A stretch of DNA of 64,000 nucleotides from Macrostomum lignano (lineage: Eukaryota). Below, piece by piece: positions 37,501 through 58,900 of this stretch. The notes under the pieces are model-generated. The model ran no database searches and was not told the origin of the DNA. It saw only the letters and a program-made list of their open reading frames with translations. Position 1 is the first letter of the stretch, and each line of letters starts with the position of its first letter. The position numbers and the translations under genes are program-made. Location of the stretch: assembly GCA_002269645.1 (NCBI GenBank), contig NIVC01001373.1:124001-188000 (forward strand). The letters run 5' to 3'.

Positions 37501-40500
37501 GCTGCTCAATTGTCACTCTTTCTGCTGCTCAGTTGTCACTCTTTCTTCTGCTCAATTGTCACTCTTTCTGCTGCTCAATTGTCACTCTTTCTGCTGCTCA
37601 ATTGTCACTCTTTCTGCTGCTCAATTGTCACTTTTTCTGCTGCTCAATTGTCACTCTTTCTGCTGCTCAATTGTCACTCTTTCTGCTGCTCAGTTGTCAC
37701 TCTTTCTTCTGCTCAATTGTCACTCTTTCTGCTGCTCAATTGTCACTCTTTCTGCTGCTCAATTGTCACTCTTTCTGCTGCTCAATTGTCACTTTTTCTG
37801 CTGCTTAATTGTCACTCTTTCTGCTGCTCAATTGTCACTCTTTCTGCTGCTCAATTGTCACTTTTTCTGCTGCTCAATTGTCACTCTTTCTTCTGCTCAA
37901 TTGTCACTCTTTCTTCTGCTCAATTGTCACTCTTTCTGTTGCATATTTGTCACTCTTTCTGCTGCTCAATTGTCACTCTTTCTGTTGCATATTTGTCACT
38001 CTTTCTGTTGCTCAACTGTCACTCTTTCACTTGTCACTCCACCACTCTTCACTCTAGTCTTGTCACTCTCTGTAAGTCTGTAGACAAACGGGCACTTCTA
38101 CATGCAGTTCTTTCAGCCGCTTGCCGAGTTTGCAGAGAGCCAGAGACTCAGAGCTCTCCTGTCTGCTTAGATATTGCAGGGCCGCTGCGGCCATCAGTCA
38201 TTTTCTAACAAAAAACCGCGTCAACCCAGGGCCGCCCCGCCACCCTCAAACTCGCGAACCGTTACTCAGATTCAGTAGGCCCTGTATATAGCGATATTAT
38301 ACACATATATACGAAACATATATACGAAATTCTGGCCTTTTGCTGAATAATGACCCAGGCCAAGGAGAGATCAGATTGATACCAGTTCAGCAGTTGGCTC
38401 CAGAGTCGAATCTGAAATCCCAAGGCAAAAATCGCGACTCCTAAAGAGGTTTTGGTCGCGGGGTTACAGGATACCGACCGTCACTGCGCGTCGTGATGGA
38501 TGGCCTGAGGGGGGCGTGGAGCAGGCAGACGGCATCTTCTTTTCGTTCCTCGTAAAGTGCTAACTCAATGCTATGAGGCCGAAGCAACCCTAACCCTAAC
38601 CCTAACCCTAACCCTAAACCCTGACAGGTCACTCCGGAGTGAACCAGCTGGGCGGGGTGTTTGTGAACGGCCGTCCGCTGCCGGACACCACCAGACAGCG
38701 AATCGTTGAGCTGGCCAGCAGCGGCGCCAGGCCCTGCGACATCTCCCGGATCCTGCAAGTCTCCAACGGCTGCGTGTCGAAGATCCTCTGTCGATACTAC
38801 GACACTGGCTCCATCCGGCCCAAGGCCATCGGCGGCTCCAAGCCTCGCGTGGCCACCTCCTCAGTGGTGAACAGGATCGCCCAGTACAAGCGCGAATGCC
38901 CGAGCATCTTCGCCTGGGAGATCCGCGACAGACTGCTGCAAGACGGCGTGTGCAACCAGGACACCATTCCCAGCGTGAGTGCGGGCGGCGGGAGTGAGTC
39001 CATGAGTTTATGAGTTCATGAGGGAGTCCATGAGTCCATGAGTTCATGAGTTCATGAGTTTATAAATGAGTTCACGAGGGAGTCCATGAGTTCATGAGGG
39101 AGTCCATGAGTTTATGAGAGAGTCCATGAGTTCATGAGGGAGTCCATGAGTTCATGAGGGAGTCCATGAGTTCATGAGCGAATCCATGAGTTCATGAGTT
39201 CATGTTCATGAGTGAGTCCATGAGTTCATGAGTTTATGAGTGAGTTCATGAGTTTATAAGTGAGTTCATGAGTTTATGAGTGAGTTCATGAGTTTATAAG
39301 TGAGTTCATGAGTTTATGAGTGAGTTCATGAGTTTATAAGTGAGCTCATGAGTTTATGAGTGAGTTCATGAGTTTATAAGTGAGTTCATGAGTTTATGAG
39401 TGAGTTCATGAGTTTATAAGTGAGTTCATAAGTTTATGAGTGACAAGCCAAACGCAGTGCCTAAGTGGCTGTGGGTCCCCATTGACAAGGCCACTATTAG
39501 CAAACAAAGGCAGGCCGCGGCACCCCGCAGTGTCTCTGTGCGAGCCTGGCCAAATTAGAGACAAGCAGAGGAAACCGAAGCCGCTCAAAGGCGGGCAGCG
39601 GCGATGACCAGCGTGCGGCACCAAATCGCTCAGGGCCCCTTTGCCGCCCCCTCGGGGTTCTGCCGGTAGACCAGCGCGGGACGCCGCGGACTCTCCAGGC
39701 TCCGCTGATGCGGAAAATCCGGCGATAGGGTCCCTGAGCCACCGTCTCCTTTGCATGCAGGTCCTCCTTGCATTCCTGAAGTGTTTTATCTCGCAGGTGG
39801 CGGCGGTGCCAAACCCCCCACTGCCCGGAGCTCAGAATGGACCCCCAGTTGGTCTTCTTCCAGTCGGCTGAGCTTCACCCCGGGGTCTGAGGGGGGAGGG
39901 GAACGAGAGCATGGGATCTGGGAATTCCTCCGCGCCGATCTGCCTGCAGGGGGGTTGCCGACGGTTTCGTCTGAGTTAATCTTGCGTTGATAAGTGGCGC
40001 TTTCTGCGCGGGTTTCATAACAGATTGAGAGATAGGCTAAGGGGCCAAGGCTCCGCGGTTTTCAAATCCGCCTCTGGGACGATGGCTTAATGACAACCGC
40101 ACCCACAATGGCCATAGACTATGGCTAAATGACAACCGCACCCACAATGGCCATAGTCTATGGCTAAATGACAACCCACCCACAATGGCCATAGTCTATG
40201 GCTAAATGACAACCCACCCACAATGGCCATAGTCTATGGCTAAATGACAACCCACCCACAATGGCCATAGTCTATGGCTAAATGACAACACACCCACAAT
40301 GGCCATAGACTATGGCTAAATGACAACCGCACCCACAATGGCCATAGACTAAGGCTAAATGACAACCTCAACCGATCCAAATCCAGGTGTCCTCAATCAA
40401 CCGCGTGCTGCGCAACCTGTCGAACGAGTCGCAGCGACATCTTCTGCCTGGCGGCGGGGGCAGCGTCGGCGGTAGCGCTGGGGGCGGCGGCGGTGTCTAC

Positions 40501-42272
40501 GACAAGCTGCACCTGCTGGGCCAGCACTGGGGCAACCCGCACGCCTGGTACGGCTCCCAGGCCGCCTCGGCCGCCGCTTATCCCGGCTTCCCGGCCGCTG
40601 CGGCAGGCATGGCCGCCTGCGGCTATGGGCCACTGAACGGCTTCCATCACGCCGCGGCGGCCGGCATCGGCGGAGTTATCGGCGGCGGCATCGCCGCATC
40701 GACATCGTCGGAGGCTGTGAAAGCAGGTGAGAAAATAGCAGCTGGGATATACATGTAGTTAAAGAAGTAAAGCTTCGAGATTATGGAAAGGAGGTGTCCA
40801 GACCAGACAGACGTCCCCTCGGTTCAATTCTGTGGCGGCCGCATTCATTTGTGTCTTGTGTAGGACATTACGCCGGGAGGTTGTCGTACGATTTACACCC
40901 GTGAGGGCCAACTCCCCAAGGCACACCCTGTGTGAGCCGTGTGTATCCTTCCAGCGGATCTTGGACGTACCAAACCAATCTGCTCAGAATTGAATCCAAA
41001 TTTCACCCAGATACTACTGAGCACATGCGAGCGGATAGTAGTAGGAAAGCACAAAAAGTGGCAGATTGGCGGCCAGCCTGCTCAGAAGCCGCCCCCTCAT
41101 TTGAACCCCCGCCAGCAGAGCCGAACCCTGAGCTCGGCAGTCCGGCGGACTCCGACAGCAGCCTCGCCGACGCAGGCGCGGCCGGCAACAGCGGGTGCGG
41201 CGGCGGCGGCGGCGGCGGCGGCCCTGGATCGATCGACGATTACGGCGACAGCGTCGGAGCCGGAGGAGGCGGCGGCGGCGGCGGCGGCGTGGACTCATCT
41301 GACGATATGCGGATGAAGCTGAAACGGAAGCTGCAGCGCAACCGGACCTCGTTCACCCAGGAACAGCTGGACGCGCTGGAGAAGGAGTTCGAGAGGACCC
41401 ACTACCCGGACGTGTTCGCCAGGGAGACCCTGTCCAAGCGCATCGGCCTGGCCGAGGCCCGCATCCAGGTCTGGTTCTCCAACAGGCGCGCCAAGTGGCG
41501 CCGCGAGGAGAAGCTGCGCAGTCAGCGGGGCGGCGGCGGCGGAGGCGCTAGCGGGGGACGTCCAGACTCAGTGGACGAGTCGCTCCAGCTGGCTCAGCAG
41601 CAGCAGCAGCAGCAGCCGCCGCCGCCGCACATGTCGCAGCTGCCACCGATGGCTCCCATGCACTCCCCGCTGGGGCAGCTGGCGCCACAGCAGCAGCCGC
41701 ACCTGCAGCACCACTTGCAACACCAACACCAACAGCATCAGCTGCAGCAGGAACAGCAGGAGCTGTTGCACCAGCAGCATCCGCATCACCAGCAGCATCA
41801 CCAGCAGCACCTGCAGCAGCCCCAGCATCATCACCATCTTCAAAGCCATCACCATCATCTGCAGCCGCACGCGACTTCGGCGGCTGCGGCAGCTGCGGCA
41901 GCGGCCGCGGCGGCGGATTATTCGGCAGCCGGGACGGCAGCCGCGGCGGCAGCGGCCGCAGCAGCTGGAGTCTACCAGAGCGCCGCCTGGAACGCCGCCG
42001 CCGCCGCCGGCCTGCAGAGCCCGGGCGCCGCTCCGTCGGTCCATGGCAGCAGCTCCGCTGTGTACGGCGGCGGCGGCGGCGGCAGCGGAGGCGGCAGCGG
42101 GCCCGGCGGCTACCATCACGACTCGTACGGGCGGCCCGCCGCTCTGCCTCACTACCACCCCCAGTCGGCTGCGGCGGCGGCCGCTGCGGCGTCTGCCCCG
42201 CTGTCCGGCCTGCCGATGCCGCTGCAGTCGCCGTACGACATCCACGGCCAGTACTGGACTCGCGTAGCCTAA
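34446..42272 (+). CDS. PAX6: Paired box protein Pax6, 4 coding exons, ~665 aa
   Basis: join(34446..34599,38628..38974,40387..40726,41116..42272) = 1998 nt. Paired domain [10 protein letters not shown]...RILQVSNG (Pax6-diagnostic I/Q/N); conserved S|GHS and DTIPS|VSSIN intron positions; YDKL linker; homeodomain LQRNRTSF...[15 protein letters not shown]; C-terminal QYWTR. The exact exon-4 acceptor is ambiguous. Confidence 0.96.
34965..35285. repeat. GC-rich minisatellite (CCCCCACCAGATCCTTCAGGGG core), Pax6 intron 1
   Basis: ~31-35-bp units in alternating variants. Confidence 0.92.
35380..36092. repeat. Minisatellite, 30-32-bp unit CCCTCCAGAATCCGCCCCCTCGGGTCTTTA, Pax6 intron 1
   Basis: Tandem periodicity, ~22 copies. 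Confidence 0.95.
37424..38030. repeat. Minisatellite, 23-bp unit TCAATTGTCACTCTTTCTGCTGC, Pax6 intron 1
   Basis: Tandem periodicity, ~26 copies. Confidence 0.95.
38586..38621. repeat. Interstitial telomere-type repeat (CCCTAA)n abutting the paired-domain exon acceptor
   Basis: AACCCTAACCCTAACCCTAACCCTAACCCTAAACCC followed by TGACAG|. Confidence 0.9.
38993..39440. repeat. CATGAGTT/GTGAGTT short-unit repeat, Pax6 intron 2
   Basis: Tandem 8-20-bp units. Confidence 0.92.
40082..40367. repeat. 38-bp minisatellite with an internal palindrome GCCATAG(A/T)CTATGGC, Pax6 intron 2
   Basis: ~7.5 copies, ending ~20 nt before the exon-3 acceptor. Confidence 0.95.
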
Positions 42273-43044
42273 TATTCATCCCAGCAGCTGACCTGTTGCC
42301 CACGAGTGAATTTGAATTCGCGCCAAAACTCGCGGAATTTTTCGTTAGCAGTTTCCGGTTTGTTTTTTACCTGAACAAACCATGTGATCCAGGAGCTCTT
42401 ATAGTTGGCTGAGTAACTGAGTTGCTTGAAAACAGTTTAAAAAACGTTTAAATTTAAACTTTAAAGATGCCCGCAGCACTGAGCTACTGTTATCAGTAGC
42501 ATGCAATGCAAATATTCGAACAGTATATAGTTTCTGCAGCATGCCATGTATCAGTAGATGAAGAACCCAGCCACTTAAATTACTTTTGCCTGCTCTCAAG
42601 TTGCAATTCTCTGCTTTTTTGAACATTCTAATATTGTACAAAATTGGCGCTTGCATGCACCGAATCATCCCAAAATATAGACTGAAACCAGTTCTGCCAT
42701 AGAAACAGGCGCACTCCACCCGATTTTGCACCCACCTGCTCTGTACATTGGCGCACAGAATCTGCACAGGCGATGAATGGCCCACAGTTACATCTCTATT
42801 GTTACTGATAATTATATTACCTGCGATATTAATGACTGCCATAAATAAATACTTGCAACTAAGCAATCTGATTCGCACCGCCAGCTAATCCTTAGAAATA
42901 TGTGAATACAAACACCATTAACGGCCGCGACAGCTACATTTCTTCGTTTAAAGTCGTGACATAATGCAGTTTATAATGAAGATCACCTAACAGATTTTAA
43001 AAAGAAAACATGCGCAGAAAACTTAAGCAACATAAGTGTGCAGA

Positions 43045-43737
43045 AACCCCCCGGACACCCAATTCAAACCTCGGACACGCAGTTCCGAAACTCCTCGAAT
43101 CCCGGACATCCAGCCCGAACCCTGGACACTCAACTCCGAAATCCGGGACACCAAACATCGAACCCCGGACACCCAATCCCAACCCAAACCCTGGACACCA
43201 GTCTTATAAACCCTCGGACACAAAAACTTAAATCCCGGACACCCAACTTCGAAACATCGAGCCCCGGACTTCAAACCTCGAAATCCCGGCCACTAAATCT
43301 TGAATCCCGGACACCCAACCTCGAAACCCAGGACACCCAACCTTGAATCCCGGACACCCAACCTTGAAACCCCAGACACCCAACCTTGAATCTCGGACAC
43401 CCAACCTCGAAACCCCAGACACCAAACCTTGAATCCCGGACACCCAACCTCGAAACCCCGGAAACCAAACCTTGAATCCGGGACACCAAACATCGAACCC
43501 CGGACACCCAATCCCAACCCAAAGCCTGGACACCAGTCTTATAAACCCTCGGACACAAAAACTTGAATCCCGGACACCCAACTTCGAAACATCGAGCCCC
43601 GGACGTCAAACCTCGAAATCCCGGCCACTAAATCTTGAATCCCGGACACCCAACCTCGAAACCCCGGACACCAAACCTTGAATCCCGGACACCCAACCTC
43701 GAATCCCGGACACCAAATCTTGAACCCCGGACACCAT
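43045..43737. repeat. Degenerate ~21-bp minisatellite (CCCGGACACCCAACC core) with a ~335-bp higher-order duplication
   Basis: GTCTTATAAACCCTCGGACACAAAA at 43201 and 43536. Confidence 0.9.
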
Positions 43738-44203
43738 AACCTTTCAGCGTCCGTGTCATCCGGCACGCAGGACACAGTCCGCTCTTCTGCGTGCTGACCA
43801 ACAGGCCTACATGTACCAGTCTGTCCATCCAATTGACATTGGGCAACCTTAGACAGTCGAGAACAGCGTAGCAACGAGATCTTTGGCAAATAGCAATGTT
43901 ATACTGGCCTAAGTTAGCGGTTTCATACATTTGTGATGCGTGCAACAAGATTGCATTCGCAGGGTCGCACTTGTACGAGCTACTCGATAATCGAAGACAG
44001 ATTTGCACGCAAAATTAAATTTATAATTTGGGCACTGAAGCAGTACTCAGAGATAATTGTAAATTAAGCGAAAAGTGCAAAATATATTGCGCAAACAGTT
44101 AAAAATTTATTTTAGCACATGATACTGTTATGATTAAAAATGCATAGCATATAATTCGCAGCATTGCAACAATGAAGGTATTCATGCTAATTATAGGATG
44201 TTA

Positions 44204-45592
44204 TGAGATATGACCCTCCCTAAATGACTGATAAAGGGGGTCATATGACCCTCTCTAAGTTGACTGATAAATGGGGTCATATGACCCTCCCTAAATTGAT
44301 TGATGAAGGGGGTCATATGGCCCTCCCTAAATTGACTGATAAAGGGGGTCATATGACCCTCCCTAAATTGACTGATAAAGGGGGTCATATGGCCCTCCCT
44401 AAATTGACTTATGAAAGAAGTGGTCACATGACCCTCCCTAAATAAACTGATAAAGGGGGTCATATGACCCTCCCTAAATTGATTGATGAAGGGGGTCGTA
44501 TGGCCCTCCCTAAATTAACTGATAAAGGGGTCATATGACCCTCCCTAAACTGACTGATAAATGGGGCTATATGACCCTCCCTAAAATGACTGAAAAAATG
44601 GGGTCATATGACCCTCCCTAAAATGACTGATAAATGGGGTCATATGACCCTCCCTAAATTGACTGATAGATGGGGTCATATGACCCTCCCTAAATTGACT
44701 GATAAATGGTGTCATATGACCCCCTAAAATGACTGATAAAGGGGGTCATATGACTCTCCCTAAATTGACCGATAAATGGGGTCATATGACCCTCCCTAAA
44801 TTGACTGATAAAGGGGGTCATATGACCCCCTAAAATGACTGATACACGGGGTCATATGGCCCTCCCTAAATTGACTGATAAAGGGGGTCATATGACCCTC
44901 CCTAAATTGACTGATAGATGGGGTCATATGACCCTCCCTAAATTGACTGATAAAGGGGGTCATATGACCCCCTAAAATGACTGATAAAGGGGGTCAAATG
45001 GCCCTCCCTAAATTGACTGATAAAGGGGGTCATATGACTCTCCCTAAATTGACTGATAAATGGGGTCATATGACCCTCCCTAAATTGACTGATAAAGGGG
45101 GTCATATGACCCCCTAAAATGACTGATAGATGGGGTCATATGACCCTCCCTAAATTGACTGATAAATGGTGTCATATGACCCCCTAAAATGACTGATAAA
45201 GGGGGTCATATGACTCTCCCTAAATTGACCGATAAATGGGGTCATATGACCCTCCCTAAATTGACTGATAAATGAGGTCATATGACCCTCCCTAAATTGA
45301 CTGATAAATGGGGTCATATGACCCTCCCTAAATTGACTGATAAATGGTGTCATATGACCCCCTAAAATGACTGATAAAGGGGGTCATATAACTCCCTAAA
45401 TTGACCGATAAATGGGGTCATATGACCCTCCCTAAATTGACTGATAAAGGGGGTCATATGACCCCCTAAAATGACTGATACACGGGGTCATATGGCCCTC
45501 CCTAAATTGACTGATAAAGGGGGTCATATGACCCTCCCTAAATTGACTGATAGATGGGGTCATATGACCCTCCCTAAATTGACTGATAAAGG
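44204..45592. repeat. ~37-bp minisatellite containing the palindrome GGGTCATATGACCC
   Basis: ~37 copies between the convergent 3' ends of Pax6 and RECQL4. Confidence 0.96.
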
Positions 45593-45684
45593 GTTCCAAA
45601 GCACCACAGCAACAACCTATAGATAGGGCGACTTCCTAGCTCCAAAGCACCAAAAAGTACATGAAAATCCCGGTGGCCGCGGTG

Positions 45685-54123
<8,439 letters not shown>

Positions 54124-55969
54124 TGATGAGGCAGACAGCAAGCACTGGGGAGTCTGAAGGCTGGAAAACAGTGGTTGCCATTTGTGTGTGGGACTTCTCC
54201 ATATTTTTTTAGGGATCTGGGAAGTTGAGTTAGTTGTAGTATATAAAAGAAGATTGATTTTAATGACAATGGCATATAGTGCATAGGTAGGCATGCAATA
54301 TATCAGGGTGCACCTAAGGGGGGTTGTCCTTCATTGCTACACCATGTTGTACCACACCATGCTGCATTGCCACTAGGCTTATTAGCCTCTATGATGCAAC
54401 TTTTAGATATCTTAGTCTAGGATAACACTTATTAAGGTTTAATGCTTTTGTTTTATAAAAATTTTTGCTTTAATATAAATAATATTTTTATTCTTGCTTA
54501 ATTTAAAATAAATATTTTATTATTTATTATAATATTTTGTTTTATTATATTTTTATATAACTATGGATAAATAGTACAAGCTAAATAATTATAGAAAATT
54601 AACAAAAAAATAATGTTACAAATATTGATTTGGCATGACTATTTATATTATAGTTTTATAGTTTTTAAACCACTTAAATTAAAATATTATTAAAAACACT
54701 AAAAATACTTAAATGTAAAAAACAATACATGTAGGCCTAATTATTACAATTTTAATTTTTAATATATTGATAATATCTGATACTATTAACAATCTATAAG
54801 ACTATAGGGATAGTAGTTAATAAGAACTATTACTATTAAAAATATATATTATCAAAGCAAGGGCATTAAGACATGTAGGAATGCTTCAAAAAGTAATAGG
54901 ACCGAAAGGCTTAGCAGAAGAAGTCTTAGAGACGATAAAACATTGGATTTCTTAGCTAAAGTGGAGGACATGCCTCTATAATATCGAGTAAGCTGAGAAT
55001 CTACTTGACTTTGACTAATCATAAATATTTACATACAATACTGTGGTATAACCAAATTTGAAGGCAAAGGTTGGAAGACACATTGAAATAATACAACAAT
55101 TAGAAATTCAAAAATGTGTCCATGAAACAGAATGTATAGGAGAAAGAAAACTAGAGTTTCACTTGTGGAGGCTGATGCAGAGGCCCGAAAACAAGTGAAA
55201 AATAATGACACTTGACAGTAGCTACCTTAACAACATTAACATTAGTATGATTAGATGTGGGTGGCTAGTTAGTTGCTTCTTTAGATAAAATATTATTATC
55301 ACATCATATTATTTGATGCGGTAAAACCCATTTAACCTAGCATGCAACAGATAAACCCCTCACGGCATGCAAAAACCTGAAGAGTTAAGTCACGCGTTAG
55401 TTTTGCTATTGCGTTTGAATTTACGCTATAAATGGTTTAAACGATTCTAACTGCACAAAAATTCTTTATCCGTTTTAAGCTACTTTACAGTAATTAGTTC
55501 TGGTCCCGTTGGGTCATTGCATTAGGTTTTTTCTCGACTAGCTGTCCCAGTTACAACAGAAAAGCGTCTAGGAATTGAGATTTATCAATTATCGTAAGGA
55601 TTTCCTATATGGATATACTGCAGTAGACATACATTACAGTAGCTAGCTAACCCCGATTGACTATAAAGCTAAATGGATATATCTTAGTGCTATGTCAAAA
55701 ATTTACTGCCCACATCGGGCCACCTGCCGTGTGTGTGCCGTTTCAAAATCTTCTGCAACTCCAAGCTAATGACTCAGATTCACTGGTTTAACAGATGTAC
55801 CTTTAGTGATTTATTAATCTATCGCGTACAATATTTATGGAAATCTTTGTCTATGGCTAAAAATTAAAGAGAACTCGGGAAAAGCATACATAAATGGCCT
55901 ACGCATTGATTATTGCTCGTGTTGCCTCCTATTAGCAACATTAGAACGGGCAAAAGCTCCGCGTGTAAC

Positions 55970-58900
55970 ATGCGGTCCTCCAGTAACCGATCCAGTCGCA
56001 GTCGGCCGATTATGCTAGGCTTCAGTGACAGCCAACAGCAACCACCAAGTAGCCGAGGCGACAGTGTCACTGCTGGAAGCCGTGACAGCTTTTCCCAGCA
56101 CCAACAGCACTTGCGGACTGATGACAAATATTCTGGCCCTGGCAGCGGCAACGGTTCGCGCACAGACGAGCTGAGTCGGCTGGAGCTGCGACTGGCCGCA
56201 ATGGAATCGCGCCTTTCGGACTTTGAAGCCATGCTGCAGCGCTCATGCGGCCGATCCATTTCCGGCGACTGTGCCAGCAACTGGCCAGATTCTTCGGCGA
56301 CGACTGGAGGTGAACTAATGCAAATGGGATCTGGAATGGGCACTGGGGGAAATAATGGTTCCGCAATGGCTTCAGCGAGTGTTGGAACAACAGAGGAAGC
56401 GCAGATAAGCAGTAAGCAGTCGGTTTCGCAATGCGATGGCTCTCCGCTTAACCTGGTATTTAGCTCAGAGAATGACGACAAAGAGACGAGCAGTTCATCA
56501 ACAACATGGACTGATTTGGATTCCAAAGCCGCTGAATTCAATGGCAAACTTATTCAGAGCCTGAATGAGGCCTGCGCTGAGAAGCCACAGCAGCAGAAGC
56601 AGCCAGATAAGCCGAAGCTAATAGAATCAGCCAATACCGAGTCGTTTGAGATAAGTCGCTACTCCACCCAGGATAGTGTGGTGTACCAACAGCGCTACGA
56701 GTTGGCCACGCAAGTTGGAAGCCTGGAAGGAATGGATTGTACAGACAAGGCCGCTGCCGTAGCCCTCCTTGCCACCGGGGGCGGTGGTGTCTTGCGCAGA
56801 CAGCAGGAACAACAGCAGCAGCATCGGAAGCTAATGATGTTGCAGGCCAGCAACTGCCAGCTGCTGACAACAACTCTAGCTGAACGTGCGGAACCAATGC
56901 CGACGCAGCCATCTGGTAGACGTCGAGTCATCCTTGAGGCGGGCCCCCTCCGATCTCTGGCCGAGCCGGCAGCTAGCGCTGAAAAATGCGGCGGTGGCAG
57001 CGGAAACGGCGGATGCTGCGGCATCGAATGCAGCGATAGGAGCAGCAGCTGGCAGATGCAGCTGGTGCCGCCAACTGTCTGCCATCAGCAGACGTCGCCA
57101 AGCGCGCATTCGGCGACGAGCTCCGAGACGGCCACCTCCAGCTGCCCAGCCGAGCCGATCGCCTGGTCAAGGGTGTCGCGAGTCACTCACGAAAGCGCAT
57201 CGGCTGCTGCGAACAGAGCTGGCTCTTCCGGTGATGGCAACGACGCGTTGGTCGTCGAGGTCAACCGGTGCGCTCCGCCACCTGTGTCCATTCGCCAGGA
57301 CCGGCGCAACCTCGGCGAAGTCAACAACAACGACGAAAGAGGAGCAAGCGCCGAGCAGTCGTGGCTGCTGGGCGGCGGCCAGGACGACGCGTTCACGGTG
57401 AGCACTGTGTCCAGCACGGCCACCGTCTCCATGCTGACCGAGACTTCCGCCTCACGCGGTCGAACCAGAGAGCAGCAGAGTGCAGGTGAGTCGCAGTCTT
57501 TGGATCAATGGATCTTTTTACTGAGACATGATTGCCTCCGAGTCGGGCTCCCGCACCCTACCAGACCCTCCTGTATCTGCATGCTCGGCTCCCGCACCCT
57601 ACCAGACCCTCCTGTATCTGCATGCTCGGCTCCCGCACCCTACCAGACCCTCCTGTATCTGCATGCTCGGCTCCCGCACCCTACCAGACCCTCCTGAATC
57701 TGCATGCTCGGCTACCGCACCCTACCAGACCCTCCTGGATCTGCATGCTCGACTACCACACCCTACCAGACCCTCCTGTATCTGCATGCTCGGCTACCGC
57801 ACCCTACCAGACCCTCCTGGATCTGCATGCTCGACTACCACACCCTACCAGACCCTCCTGGATCTGCATGCTCGACTACCACACCCTACCAGACCCTCCT
57901 GGATCTGCATGCTCGACTACCACACCCTACCAGACCCTCCTGGATCTGCATGCTCGACTACCACACCCTACCAGACCCTCCTGGATCTGCATGCTCGACT
58001 ACCACACCCTACCAGACCCTCCTGGATCTGCATGCTCGACTACCACACCCTACCAGACCCTCCTGGATCTGCATGCTCGGCTCCCGCACCCTACCAGACC
58101 CTCCTGGATTTACATGCTCGGCTCCCGCACCCTACCAGACGCTCCTGAATCTGCATGCTCGGCTACCGCACCCTACCAGACCCTCCTGTATCTGCATGCT
58201 CGGCTACCGCACCCTACCAGACCCTCCTGGATCTGCATGCTCGGCTACCGCACCCTACCAGACCCTCCTGTATCTGCATGCTCGGCTACCGCACCCTACC
58301 AGACCCTCCTGTATCTGCATGCTCGGCTACCGCACCCTACCAGACCCTCCTGGATCTGCATGCTCGACTACCACACCCTACCAGACCCTCCTGGATCTGC
58401 ATGCTCGACTACCACACCCTACCAGACCCTCCTGGATCTGCATGCTCGACTACCACACCCTACCAGACCCTCCTGGATCTGCATGCTCGACTACCACACC
58501 CTACCAGACCCTCCTGGATCCCACACAGGACCTATTGAGGCTCTTTCTGGCATCAAAACCTTCTGCAACCCCAGAGTGCCGCCTGTGCGCAGACTTTTCT
58601 CCCTACGCCCGGTCTCGCCTGACGGAACTGAAGCGGAGCGGCCTGAACCTGCAATGCGCCGCCGGTCGAAACGGCGATACCCGCAGCGGCGTTCGGGCGG
58701 CGGTCCGGGTGCAGCGGTCCGGCTTCACCCAGCAGAATACGGCGTTCATCGCCAGCCTGGTGTCGCAGGCTGTCAGCAAGTTCGAATCGGACGCCGAACA
58801 GGCCAGCAACGTGAGACTGGAGCTGAGGCGACTGGGCTTCGAGTGCGCCGTGGTGATTGGCCGGCACTTCACCGGGTAAGGGGAGTGTGCTCAAATGAGA

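Noticed and set aside
39797-39871. Possible alternative Pax6 exon after TTTTATCTCGCAG in intron 2
   Set aside because: In the required phase 0 it hits TGA at 39869-39871, and I saw no donor before it
40082-40367. CRISPR-like palindromic direct repeats (also 44204-45592)
   Set aside because: No unique spacers (the units are contiguous and near-identical), no cas genes, eukaryotic intron/intergenic context
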